This document shows, piece by piece, positions 1 to 12,742 of a stretch of 64,000 nucleotides of DNA. Position 1 is the stretch's first letter, and each line of letters opens with the position of its first letter. The notes under the pieces were generated by a model. The model ran no database searches, was not told where the DNA came from, and worked only from the letters and a program-made list of their open reading frames with translations. Source of the stretch: Octopus vulgaris (lineage: Eukaryota); contig OX597830.1 in NCBI GenBank assembly GCA_951406725.2, forward strand, positions 19,530,001 through 19,594,000. The letters are read 5' to 3'. The position numbers and the translations under genes were made by a program.

Positions 1-379
1 ATTTAAAAAGAGAAAAGAAAACAGAAACCTAGATGTGAAGAAATGCATTTGCCTGTCAATTGTATTAGACGAATGCTATACCTTTTTTTCTCACTTGATA
101 CTATATATGATAAGGAGTGTCCAGAGTCATCAGCTGTAGCCATCTGGGGCACGGCCTTGAAGAATTTTTCGGCCAACCGAATCAAACCCATTACTTTTTT
201 TTCAAGCCTTGCGCTTATTCTGTTTTTCACTAGATCGCTAAGTTACAGGGATGTAAACAGACTAACGCTTGTTATTAGAGACAGAAAGATACTCATATAT
301 ATATATATATATATATATATAATCATGTTAAATCATTAATACTGATACATTTTTCTCTAGTTTTTTTTTTCGTCTCATC

Positions 380-417
380 TCTTTCTGTTGAAGAGCGTAG
401 ACTCGAAACATGAAAGA
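380..417 (+). ncRNA. Degenerate minimal type-I hammerhead motif (Penelope pLTR type)
   Basis: tcttt-CUGUUGA-a-gag..ctc-GAAA-cat-g-aaaga. Stems I and II pair, but A6 and the cleavage triplet are mutated. Confidence 0.45.
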
Positions 418-660
418 CTTTTCCAATCAAACTAATACACCTGCTTGCTGTTCCCTCGCCTGTTTTTGTCTTTTGTTTTCTGTATTGTTTGAGCAATATA
501 TATATATATATATATATAAATGTGTGTATTTTTCCCTATAGGCTACCTCTGACGTTATATCCTATAACGTTTTTTTGAAACAATGTTAATACCGTTCAGT
601 TAATATCCATATTTCCATCATTTTCTGTTAAAATGTCTTATTGGCGAGTTTCATTTCTTC

Positions 661-749
661 ACTTCCCTGAAGAGAAGATTACATTGTTTTACACCATTTT
701 ATTCCTTTGGAATAGTATCAGTGATATCTTCGAAACATGTGACGGAAGT
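661..749 (+). ncRNA. Type-I hammerhead-like motif, cleavage site altered
   Basis: Stem I acttcc/ggaagt; CUGAAGA 667-673; stem II gaagat/atcttc; GAAA 732-735; palindromic stem III acatgt; then gac instead of a single H. Confidence 0.65.
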
Positions 750-782
750 AAAAGAATTTGAATAACACTTGTGTTTAACTCC

Positions 783-852
<70 letters not shown>

Positions 853-908
853 TGTGTGTGTGTGTGTATGTATACATGAATTTTAAAATATATTTAAAAT
901 ACATATAA

Positions 909-2150
909 CTAGCAAACGCACCCGTCCCTTGGACGGTTTAATTTGCTTTAGAGGTATTTTTTTTCACTAAATGATTGAACTACCGAGAAGGTTTATGAGT
1001 AGCACGGCAATCTATGCTTCTGATTAACTTAGGAACGGAAAATCAAATTGAAGGCTGGTTATTGTGGAGGTCGTTGCACTTTAATGATCATAGAACATAT
1101 AAGTTTTCAAGCGATGCAAAGTAGAACTACTGAAGTGTTTGTGGATAAAAATACGGATAATGACTACAAAATATAGTTGTTTAACATGAAAGCGAAATTT
1201 CTTGTCAGAAACAGCCACATAAATGGAGTAATGAAATTGAAGGAAGACGTTGAAATTTTTCCTCTATGAGTTTATTTTTTTCAACAGCAAAGGGAGCTAT
1301 TTTTTCAGAGAGAAAAGCTTACAAAAGACCCTTTATTCTGTCTTCCCACATAGCCTGCGCATAAACTAACGGCGAATGCTGCATAAAGTTAAATTGGTAT
1401 GGAGCTTTCTGAAAGATACTTATAGCTTTCGCTAGTGGAAGCAAAACTCTTATTTAAAGTTTGATTTTTGGGTACGAATCATATGTGACTGCTTAAAAAA
1501 GGCTAGAAGGACAATGCTAAAACATGTTTGAAACATGGACAACTATCGAAATATCATAATGGATGGGTAAATAAGCATGCCTAAAGTGAAACAACGCATT
1601 GGTAGGTAAACAAAGATATCAACAAATAGAAGAGAGGGAAGGGAACATCATCTTTCAAGTAACTCAGAATAGGTAAAGGTAAGCTTACCAAAGTTTAATG
1701 CAGTTTAAATATAGAGATTAAGATTGTTTGGTATTGGATATACATCACATACAGTATCCCTAGTCAATTTAATCACTGCTGCAAAAATAGACAAAATCCT
1801 TTCACTTTTATAAAAAGATTTAAAAAGTATGGAAGTCTCTACATACAAAAATAACTATGTTCATCTTGGTCCATTTACACGGAAGCTCTGTTTAGTGCAT
1901 GTCCATCCTTGGGACATGAGTAATGTGTGTAAAGTTTGGTGAAAATCGGTTGAGAATTGTAGAAATGTATGTATGTATGTATTTCTTTTATGTATTACAG
2001 TTATGTGGTTGCAGTCATACTGGAGCATACATGCATACATACATACATACATACATACATACATACATACATACATACATACATACATACATACATACAT
2101 GCATGCATGCATACATACATAATACATACATACATACATACATACACACG
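909..2150 (-). mobile_element. Non-autonomous Helitron-type element
   Basis: On the - strand the 3' end is hairpin ccgtcc-aag-ggacgg followed by CTAG|T at 909-912. The other end has the typical 'caaccgattttcaccaaact' plus (GTAT)n region. Right boundary approximate. Confidence 0.6.
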
Positions 2151-2825
2151 ATAAAAATGACAAGAGAAAAGGCGGCGAGATGGCAGAAACGTTAGCACGC
2201 CGGGCGAAATGCTTAGTGGTATTTCGTCTGCCGCTACGTTCTGAGTTCAAATTCTGCCGAGGTCGACTTTGCCTTTCATCCTTTCGTGGCCAATAAATTA
2301 AGTACTAGTTGCGTACTAGGATCGATCTTATCGACTGACCTTTCCCATGAAATTTCAGGCCTTGTGTCTAGCGCAGGAAAAAATGACAAGAGGAAAAGAC
2401 AAGGAAAATTTTTGCTTGTAATTACCTTTTCCCAGCATTACAAAACCACCAATGATGATGATGAGGAGGGCTGTGATTTTGGCTACAGTAAAAACCACCA
2501 GAATGCCTGCTGTCAATTCGACACTATAACAGTTGATCGCTGTGATCACAACTGGACAAAAACAAAACAAAGAAAGCATTTTATTGATAGCAATGGAGAT
2601 TGACAACAATGGAGTAGTGGTGATGATGGTGGTAGTGGTGATAGAACAGATGGATGTGAAGATGGAGATATTGGTGATGGCGATGGTGGCGGTGGTAGTG
2701 ACGGAACTGGTGGAGGTGGTGACACCGGCAATGGTGGTGCTGGCAGTGGTGGTAGAATGGGGAATGAGACCATAATCAAAAGGGAATAATTGATAAAAAC
2801 ATATATACATAAAAATATATAAATA

Positions 2826-4098
2826 TTGGGTTGTCTGGAAAGTTCGTGCCGATTTTTAAAGGAAAGAAAAAGGTCAATAAGTACATGCCATTATATTTTT
2901 AATCAGCCAAAGATGAACCATTTTGTTGCACAATGCGTCTCCATCTTTCCTTTAACTTGAAAACACCCTCTTCCCAGAATTGAGGGGGGTTTCATTGCAA
3001 AGAATTCATCAAGGTATCTTTTTACGTCATCCAAGGAATTGAAATTTTTAACATTAAGACCATTCTGCAGAGACCTGAATAAGTGGAAATCCGAAGGAGC
3101 AATATCTGGTGAATATGGAGGGTGGGGTAACACATCCCAGCCGAACTGCAGCAATTTTTGTCTGATTCCCAAAGAAACGTGCGGGCTTGCATTATCATGT
3201 TGGAAAACAACCCCTTCCTGTTGGCCAATTCTGGACGTTTCTCTTGAATTGCTTCTTTTAACTTGTCCAGTTGTGTGCAGTATTTCTCAGAATTAATTGT
3301 CTGGTTACTTGGGAGAAGCTCATAGTACAGAATTCATTTCCAATCCCACCAGTCACAAAGAAAGAGTTTTTTAGGGGGAAGACTAGCTTTTGGGGTGGCT
3401 AAGGGTGGCTCATATCGCTTACTCCAGGATCGCTTTCTCTGAACATTTCGATAGATAATCCATTTCGCATCACCTGTCGCAATTTGCTTTAAAAAAAGGT
3501 GTGTTTTCATTCCGTTTATAAAGCGAATCACAGATGGAAATGCGATCCAAAAGGTTCTTCTCAATCATCTCATTTGGTACCAAAACATCGTAGCGATTTG
3601 TGTACCCAAGCTTTACCAGGTGCTCATGAACGACGGATTTTGATAGGTTGAGGCTTTCTGCCAATTCTTGGGTTGTGCAATGTGGGTTATTCTCAATGAC
3701 TTGATTTGGTCATCATCTGTAGTGCATGGTCTGCCTGATTGCTCTTTATCAATAAGGCTACAATCTCCAGCCCGGAAACTTGCGAAACACTTCCGTAGAG
3801 TTCTTTCGGATAAAGAAACATCACCGTAAACTGCGCATATTTCTTTGGTTGCTTGTGAGGCATTTTTCCCTTCACGGAAAAAGAAAAGCATCAAGTGCCG
3901 AAAATGAACTTTCTTATCTTCCATTTTACAGAATTAAGACTGGTTATAGGAACATAAACCTTCTTCCACGAAAAGATAGCTTAAACTGTGCTCAAAATGG
4001 AGGCGTAGTCAAATCCAATTTTATGAACTCAACCATGTTCTAAAATAAGTCGAAAGGTAAGCTACTATAAATCGGCACGAACTTTCCGGACAACCCAA
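2826..4098 (-). mobile_element. Full-length mariner (mellifera-like subfamily) with frameshifted transposase
   Basis: TIRs ttgggttgtc(t/c)ggaaagttcgtgccgattt and TA TSDs. Fragments MEDKKVHFRHLMLFFFREGKNASQA, TGDAKWI, HDNA and HPPYSPDIAPSDFHLF lie in different frames. Confidence 0.95.
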
Positions 4099-4401
4099 TA
4101 GATATGTAAATATACAGACATATACATTAAAAATATATTGAAAAATATGTATATATATATTCTACAGCCGTTTCGGAGGTCCGGTTGTCAAGTCATAAAA
4201 AAGATATAAATATATAAATATATTTTTATGACTGGACATCTGGACCCTCAGAAAGGGTCGTAGGATTATTAACTAGATTAGTAACACGCAATCTTTTTAT
4301 CTTATAGACTCTTAACCCCTTTTATGACTTCGTTTTGTAATCTGCAAGTCGACCTATGTATATATATTTTTTTCAATATATTTTAATGCATATATCTATA
4401 C

Positions 4402-4435
<34 letters not shown>

Positions 4436-4437
4436 AA

Positions 4438-4474
<37 letters not shown>

Positions 4475-4484
<10 letters not shown>

Positions 4485-5133
4485 TAAATTAGAGACAAAA
4501 CCACTATTAGCTATTTCATCTTTAAATATGAAAAATTAAATTTATTAGGTTTTCATTATATACAATTATTTATAGAGATTATTTTAGATCTTGATTATAA
4601 TATTTACATATATTTTCATTGATAATTTATATATATTAGTCATTTTAAATATTTATGTAATTAGATATAGACTAATATTGATATTAGATTATGGGTTTTC
4701 TACCTTATAAATTAAAGTTAATATTTAACATTATAGTTGATTTCGATATAATCATATTTAATAATAGAGTTTATTATAAGTAAAATTATTATATTATTTA
4801 TATTATTTATATCTTAAAAATATTGATTATATTTTAGATATTTAAACCACCTGATGAATGACTGCGACTCAAAAATTTGAAGAAGTTAGCAGGCATGAAA
4901 CGATCGTAGTGTGATATTAATTATATTTTTTTAATAATTTTGTTATATATTTAAATAATATAAATTAAATAATCATATGTATTGGCTTAAGTTTTTCATT
5001 GTTTGATTTGCCTAATAGTGGTTTTGTCTCTAATTTAATATAATATAATATTTTACTATAAAATTGGATTCAATCCTAAATCTGATTTTTCCCTGTAAGT
5101 TTGGATTTATTCCCTAATATTTATATTTATTAT

Positions 5134-5140
<7 letters not shown>
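4475..5140 (+). mobile_element. AT-rich hammerhead-bearing element with 36-bp inverted repeats, embedded in (TA)n
   Basis: tatattatattaaattagagacaaaaccactattag (4475-4510) is inverted at 5012-5047; hammerhead inside. Confidence 0.7.
4846..4913 (+). ncRNA. Type-I hammerhead ribozyme
   Basis: cac-CUGAUGA (4851-4857); stem II atg/cat extended by ctgc/gcag; GAAA 4897-4900; palindromic acgatcgt; GUA triplet; gtg closes a short stem I. Confidence 0.8.
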
Positions 5141-5198
<58 letters not shown>

Positions 5199-5199
<1 letters not shown>

Positions 5200-5860
5200 C
5201 ACATGATGTGTGCCTGTCTATGTGCTTGTCATATAGTTAAAACTTGAGATCCACCGAACCGATTTTAATGAAATTTTAAACATGCATCACACAGGGTCCA
5301 TGGAGTGCCATAGGTCAAACAAATTTCAACTTCTTGCCTAATGCGGGCCCGAGGGAAGATAAACCACACTTTTAAAGCATTTTCGCTGCGTTAAGGCCCG
5401 TAACTTGAAGAGTATCCAGTCGCTTTCCTCCAAATTTGCAACAAACAGTAATCCGGCTCCTCGACTATAAAAAAGTTTCCGACGCCAACGATGGGCCCCT
5501 CCCCTCAAAAGATGCAGGTTAATCACATTTGAGTATATTGCGCTGGGATTTTGTGTTTGTTTTAGGCCATTTTCTGACGATAAAATATTGACACTACTTT
5601 TGCATTATAAGTAGCGTATAATATTTCATGAAACCCTTTTTTGTCCAATTTGGCAGAGGAAATGAGAACATTAAAATTTCTGTCGGTACCCTGTTGATGC
5701 TTCATGTTACCATCCCGCGTACCACCGTGCCATGTGCGTGTGTGTGCGGCTGGGTAAAGGTACAACAAACCCATTCATCCATTCTCCAGAAGTGCCCTAA
5801 TTGATGTTTCACGTTTCCAATCCTGCGCAACGCAGCATGTCCCGGCAGCATGTCTACTTT
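5199..5860 (+). mobile_element. Probable Helitron-type non-autonomous element
   Basis: 5' 'gaaccgattttaatgaaattt' motif; 3' hairpin ctgcg-caa-cgcag with a degenerate terminus. Boundaries approximate. Confidence 0.4.
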
Positions 5861-6275
5861 CTATGTCATCCTGTCTGAACTATATAATGCAAATTGTTCA
5901 TACAAAAAGACAAACTGCTGTTGTGACTCACAACCATTTAAATTTGACAGCGTGACCACTTCAGGAAGCTACGCTCACCACCTGCATTCGCAAATATTGA
6001 CAAGTGAAACTAATTAGTACATAGGTACTCGTTTCATATTTCGTATATTTGTCTTGTTTATTTTTACATTCTGGCGTATTTCTGACATTTTTCTTGAGAA
6101 CACACACTTCGTGGTAAGGCGATTTGACGTCTATCTTTAGCATATTAGGAGTCCACTTTGGTGGTCATTCCTCTTAATTTTGTATGAAATATAATTTTAA
6201 TCTTCGGATTTAAAAAAAAAATGCTAAACCACTAGTTTTAATTGATTAATATCAGTTTCTATCCTCATTATTTAA

Positions 6276-6277
<2 letters not shown>

Positions 6278-6337
<60 letters not shown>

Positions 6338-6930
6338 ACATATATATATACACACACACATACATATATATATATATACACATACATACACACAAACATG
6401 TATATATACACAGACATATACACATATACAAATATATACACATGCACACACTCACACACATATATACACATACATATGTATATGTATACATTACATATAT
6501 ATATATATAAATATAATAAGGGTTTTTTTGCAACAAGTTGCTTAAACCACATATATATATGTATACTCATATACATATATATACATATATACACATACTT
6601 ATATATACATATATATACACACACATATATATGCATACATATATATGTACGCATGCATATATATATATATATATGCACTTACATACATATACGTATATAC
6701 ACACATACATATATATATATGCTCATAATACACATATATGTACACACATACATACATACACATATATATATACATATATACACATATATATATATACTCA
6801 TACACACACATATATATTTGTGTGTGTATATATATATATACAAATACGCACACACACACACATATATATATATTCACATACACACCTACATATATATAGG
6901 CATATACACATGCACAAACATATACACATA
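6278..6930. repeat. (TA)n/(CA)n/TACA low-complexity tract
   Basis: Direct reading; source of many spurious YI/HT ORFs. Confidence 0.95.
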
Positions 6931-7018
6931 TAGATCCATACTGTCATTACGACAAATCAAAATTCAACCCTCCAAAATTTATATAAAAGTTAATACCTGA
7001 ATGAAATCATTACGCATA

Positions 7019-8313
7019 CGAGGGACGTTCAATAAGTAATGCCCCTGACCCACTTGCAGTTGTTTTATTTAGCTGAAACTTTGCATGTGAAATTATGTAT
7101 ATCTCTATAGATTAAGTGGCAAATTACAGCTCTGAACTAATTGTAGTTTCTGATTTACAGGTGTTTGAACTGAGTCAAGTGTGAAATGGAGCCTGTTGAG
7201 TGTCGAGCAGTGATCCAGTTTTTGTATTTGAAAGGACGCACACCACGGGAGACTTTTGATGAAATGAAAGTAACTTATGGTGATGATGCCCCATTATATG
7301 ACCTTGTAAAACGCTAGCATCGTGAATTCAAACATGATCGGAACTCTGTGGAAACAGCTCCCAGATCTGGTCGCCCCCCACTTCTGCCATTGATGAGGCA
7401 TCTGTCCGTTAAGTTGAGGCTGCCATTTTGGAAGATCGACGCATAACTATTCGCCAAATAGCCCATGAGGTCAAGATTAGTACCGGGTCTGTGGAAACTA
7501 TCATTCATGACTATTTGCATATGCAAAACGTGTCAGCCAGATGGATTCCCAGGTTGCTCAAACCTTTCCAGAAGCAAGAACGCGTCGAGTGCTCGAGGAT
7601 GATTTTGGAGATGTGCCAAGAAGACGAGTCAAAGTTTTTCAAAAGGCTGATTACACAGGATGAAACCTGGGTCCATCACTATGATCCAGAGACCAAAGCC
7701 CAGTCAATGCAGTGGACACACCGTGACTCACCTCCTCCCAAAGAAGGCAAGGGTGCAGCCCTCCGCTGGCAAGGTCATGCTCACAGTCTTCTGGGACCAG
7801 AACGGAGTAGTGATGACAGATTTCCTGGCAAAGGGTACCACAATTACAGGGGCCTATTATGCTTCACTTTTGAGGAAATTAAGAGAAGCTATCAAAATCA
7901 AGAGGTGGGGCAAGATCAGCAAAGGCATCCTCCTCCTGCAGGACAACGCTCTGGTCCACAACTCGCTTGTCGCCAGATCAGAAGCACAGGCGTGCGGCTA
8001 TGAACTCCTCCCCCATCCCCCTACTCTCCTGACCTTGCAGCCTCTGATTTTCACCTCTTCCCAACCATGAAGTTGTTTTTGAAAGGAAAGCGTTTCCCAG
8101 ATGATGCAGCCTTGATTTCTGAAGTCACGTCGTGGTTGGAGGACCAAACTGGGGTCTTCTACAAAAATGGTCTCCAGAGCTGCATCAAACGATGGGGAAA
8201 ATGCGTAACTCTGGGTGGTTCCTATGTAGGAACAGACTAATAACTGTGCCAAGTTTCGTTGCTCTACTGCTATGGGAAGTGGGTCAGGGGCATTACTTAT
8301 TGAACGCCCCTCG
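7019..8313 (+). mobile_element. Full-length mariner (irritans-like subfamily); pseudogenised transposase 7186-8240
   Basis: TIRs cgaggg(a/g)cgttcaataagtaatgcccctgacccactt and TA TSDs. Motifs ARWIPRLL, ITQDETWVHHYDPE, LQDNA, PDLAASDF. One stop at 7315 and several frameshifts. Confidence 0.95.
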
Positions 8314-8508
8314 TATGTATATCTACATAAGTGTATACATATGTGTGTGTGTGCGTGTGTGTGTGTGTGTGTGTATGTGTGTGTGTGTATGCATGTATTA
8401 CTCAAAGAAATTTCAACTGTTTGATTTTCACGTTTTATTTACAATCTTATAATAATATAATATAACCAAATATAATGAAATGATAGAATTTTAAATGTCC
8501 TTTCTGAT

Positions 8509-8553
8509 TGAGCTAGTACTTTCATGCATTAAGTCATGCAATCTTCAGGTTCA
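8509..8553 (-). ncRNA. Type-I hammerhead ribozyme (left arm of a long palindrome)
   Basis: Reverse complement reads tgaac-CUGAAGA-ttgcat..atgcat-GAAA-gtac-UA-gctca; palindromic stem III agtact. Confidence 0.75.
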
Positions 8554-8630
8554 TGTAATAGTGGTGACAGTTATGTTTTACAATTTACAACTCTTGTAAG
8601 TTGTCAAACATAACTGTCACCACTTCTACA

Positions 8631-8675
8631 TGAACCTGAAGATCGCATAGTTTAATGCATGAAAGTACTAGCTTA
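8631..8675 (+). ncRNA. Type-I hammerhead ribozyme (right arm of a long palindrome)
   Basis: tgaac-CUGAAGA(8636-8642)-tcgcat..atgcat-GAAA(8661-8664)-gtac-UA-gctta. Confidence 0.72.
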
Positions 8676-8808
8676 ATCAGAATGGACATTTAATATTCTA
8701 TTCTATCATTTCTTTATATTATATTATATTATATTATATTATATTATATTATATTATATTATATTATATTATATTATATCATATTATATTATATTATATT
8801 ATATTATA

Positions 8809-9033
8809 TTGGGTTGTCTGGAAAGTTCGTGCCGATTTATAGTAGCTTACCTTTCGACTTACCCTCACAGGCATCTCAATTCTGGGAAGAGGGTATTTTC
8901 AAGTTAAAGGAAAGATGGAAACGCATTGTACAACAAAATGGTTCATATTTGGTTGATTAAAAATGTTATGGCAAGTATTTATTGATCTTTTTCTCTCCTT
9001 TAAAAATCGGCACGAACTTTCCGGACAACCCAA
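8809..9033 (+). mobile_element. 225-bp internally deleted derivative (MITE) of the 2826-4098 mariner
   Basis: Same TIRs and TA TSDs; about 50 bp of the 5' end joined through a short filler to about 150 bp of the 3' end. Confidence 0.93.
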
Positions 9034-9138
9034 TATTATATTATTATAAGATTATAAGATCGTAAATAAAACGTGAAAATCAGACAAGTGGAAATTTCTT
9101 TGAGCAATATATCCTTCTATACACAATCATACACACCC

Positions 9139-9221
<83 letters not shown>

Positions 9222-9330
9222 GAGAGAGAGAGAAAGAGAGAGTATATACTCACCACACACACACACACACGCACACTCGTGTGTATGTATGTATGCGTGC
9301 AAGCCTGTTATCATACGTCAATGAACTTAC

Positions 9331-9573
9331 TGATTGCTAGAGCAGCCAAACATTTCACAAAGACAACTGGTGGTCCACATGAATCGAAGATGGGAGAAGC
9401 CACATATTCAGCAAAAACTAGGCTGCTCACAGCGAATGCTGACGGTCTGATGATTAAAGCCGTACACCAACTGCACAAGAATGCCAACACTGCCGGAAGA
9501 CCTTTTAAGATATATGTAAATTCTCCGCCAGACTTAGCAGTAAATGTCCCCAGTTCTACATAAGATAAAGAGG
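9331..9573 (-). CDS. SLC7A9: SLC7A9-like coding exon 3 (SSLSYVELGTFTAKSGGEFTYIL...IIRPSAFAV...FAEYVASPIFDSCGPP...LAALAI)
   Basis: ELGT..KSGGE.Y and F.EYV..PF..C.PP motifs of LAT light chains. Acceptor tttatag| and donor |gtaagt. 243 nt, phase 1-1. Later exons were not found in 1-9330. Confidence 0.95.
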
Positions 9574-9599
9574 CTATAAAAGAAGACAAAAGAAGACAA

Positions 9600-10262
<663 letters not shown>

Positions 10263-10328
10263 ACAGGGGTCGATGTAATCGACTCATGCTCTCTCACAAA
10301 ATTGATACCTTGTGGTAAAATATGAAAG

Positions 10329-10329
<1 letters not shown>

Positions 10330-10374
<45 letters not shown>

Positions 10375-11148
10375 TCAATTTTGTTTCCGTTTCTTGCCGA
10401 CTGTCTTCCCAACACCTAGGGCAAAGAACCTCACTGTGTAAATTAGTACGCCACTAAAGTAAAACATTAGGTTGTTCATTTATGAAGTAAAGATATGTGA
10501 TAGAAAAACAAAGGAAAAACAAAAAAGAAAATAGAAGAAAAATGAAAAAGAAAAAAAAAACAAAGAAAGTGGGGAGGAAAAAAATTCACTGCAACAATGG
10601 TTTTTCAAGAGATGTGAAATACTTTTTGCATGGTTGGTAATCAAAGGATCATTCTCAAAAATAATTTCAGTTCCCTTTTTGATCATTCCAAGTGCACCTG
10701 AAATCACTAGTATTCTTATTTCTTTATTACCCACAAGAGGCTAAACATAGAGGGGACAAACAAGGACAGGCAAAGGGATTAAATCGATTACATCGACCCC
10801 AGTGCGTAAATGGTACTTAATTTATCGACCCCGAGAGGATGAAAGGCAAGGTCGGCCTCGGCGGAATTTGAACTCATAACATAAAGACAGACGAAATACT
10901 GCTAGGCATATCGCCCGGCGTGCCAACGTTTCTGTCAGCAATCACTAGTATTCAGTCTTGAGATACCACATTTGTTTTCGATTTCAATAAGCAAATCTTT
11001 ATATTTTCTGAGCTTGTCAAATTATGATCACAATGAATGCTCATTTATTGTTTTCGCCTTTCACAACAATATTCGGTTTATTAGCTTTGATTGTTCTGTC
11101 TGTATGTACTGGAAAGTCCCAAAGAATCATTATTATTATTATTATTAT
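10330..11148 (-). mobile_element. R4/Dong-like non-LTR retrotransposon 3' relic (RLE endonuclease), interrupted by a SINE
   Basis: Reverse complement encodes DFPVHTDRTIKANKPNIVV, KLRKYKDLLIEIE, MWYLKT and VISGALGMIKKG; flanked by (TAA)n on both sides. Confidence 0.8.
10716..10939 (-). mobile_element. SINE family A copy with a 14-bp TSD
   Basis: TSD aatcactagtattc at 10702-10715 and 10940-10953. Confidence 0.9.
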
Positions 11149-11699
11149 GATAAAAGCGGCAATCTGGCAGAACTGTTAGCAAGCCGGGCAAAATGCTTAG
11201 CGGTATTTCGTCTACCGTTACGTTCTGGGTTCAAATTCCGCCAAGGTCGACTGTGCCCTTCATCCTTTCGGGGTCGATTAAATAAGTACCAGTTACACAC
11301 TAGGGTAGATATAATTGACTTAATCTGTTTGTCTGACCTTGTTTATCCTCTCTGTGTTTAGCCCCTTGTGGGTAGTAAAGAAATAGGTATTTCGCCCGTT
11401 GCTACGTTCTGTGTCGACTTTGTCTTTCATCCTTTCGGGGTCGTGATTTTTCCGTGCTCTCTTTGCTAACTGAAAACTAAAAAAATATTTTATTGCTTTA
11501 ACCTTTTGGCATTCAAGGTAGGCGTGCCAGTGATATGTAGTAAACATCAAGTACACTGTAGAACGATTGGTTTTAGGAAGAGCATGCAGCCATAGAAACC
11601 AAGCCAAAACAGACCATTGGAACCTTGTGTAGCTCTCTGGCTTACTAGTCCCGACCAAACTGTCTAACCCATGCCAGCATGGAAAAAGGACGGGGTGTA

Positions 11700-11762
<63 letters not shown>

Positions 11763-12062
11763 GTGGAGGCGCAGTGGTTAGGGCAGCGGACTCGCGGTCG
11801 TAGGATCGCAGTTTCGATTCCCAGACCGGGCGTTGTGAGTGTTTATTGAACGAAAATACCTAAAACACCACAAGGCTCCGGCAGGGAGTGGTGGCGATCC
11901 TTGCTGTACTCTTTCGCCACTACTTTCTTTCACTGTTTCTTCTGTTGGTCTGCTCGCTTAGCCAGTGGGGTGGCGTCATTTGAAGGCTAAAACAATGCGA
12001 AGCGCATTATGACCAGCGATGTGTAGCAATATCTGATAGTCTGGTCGGTCACGGTGATCACG

Positions 12063-12096
<34 letters not shown>

Positions 12097-12214
12097 GGTG
12101 CCCCAGCATGGCCACAGCTCATTAGCTGAAACTGGAAAAATCAAATCAAAATCAAATCATATATATAATATGTGACAATTATTCAGTAGCCATGATAACA
12201 TTATATTTACATAT

Positions 12215-12595
12215 GTGGAGGCGCAATGGCCCAGTGGTTAGGGCAGCGGACTCGCGGTTGTAGGATCGCGGTTTCGATTCCCAGACCGGGCGTTGTGAGT
12301 GTTTATTGAGCGAAAACACCTAAAGCTCCACGAGGCTCCGGCAGGGGATGGTGGTGATCCCTGCTGTACTCTTTCACCACAACTTTCTCTCACTCTTACT
12401 TCCTGTTTCTGTTGTACCTGTATTTCAAAGGGCCGGCCTTGTCACACTGTGTCACGCTGAATATCCCCGAGAACTACGTTAAGGGTACACGTGTCTGTGG
12501 AGTGCTCAGCCACTTACACGTTAATTTCACGAGTAGGCTGTTCCATTGATCGGATCAACCGGAACACTCGTCGTCGTAATCGACGGAGTGCTTCC
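12215..12595 (+). mobile_element. tRNA-derived SINE family C, young copy with a 12-bp TSD; related copies at 11764-12065 and about 41770-42040
   Basis: tRNA-like head (tggcccagtggttagg...ggtttcgattccc); TSD atatttacatat at 12203-12214 and 12596-12607. Confidence 0.9.
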
Positions 12596-12742
12596 ATATT
12601 TACATATTATCGAGGTCTTTCATTCTTTTATTGTCTTACCATTTCTATATATATATATTGATACAGCCTAGTGTAGAACATATGCTTCAGAATAAAGCAT
12701 CCAAGTATGAGTCCACTGCATCTTATAGCAGAAACCGTTGTA

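Larger units (their letters stand above)
8397..9109. repeat. Long imperfect palindrome (arms about 190 bp, centre about 8591) with a hammerhead in each arm
   Basis: 8397-8590 is the reverse complement of 8593-8720 plus 9036-9109. The right arm is interrupted by (TATAT)n and a mariner MITE. Confidence 0.9.

Noticed and set aside
6242-7000. Long ORFs rich in YI/HT/LSIY/V/H (also 42512, 50257, 53782, 57008, 57652)
   Set aside because: Translations of microsatellites; no coding signal.
12215-12290. tRNA gene-like sequence
   Set aside because: It is the head of a TSD-flanked SINE present in several copies.
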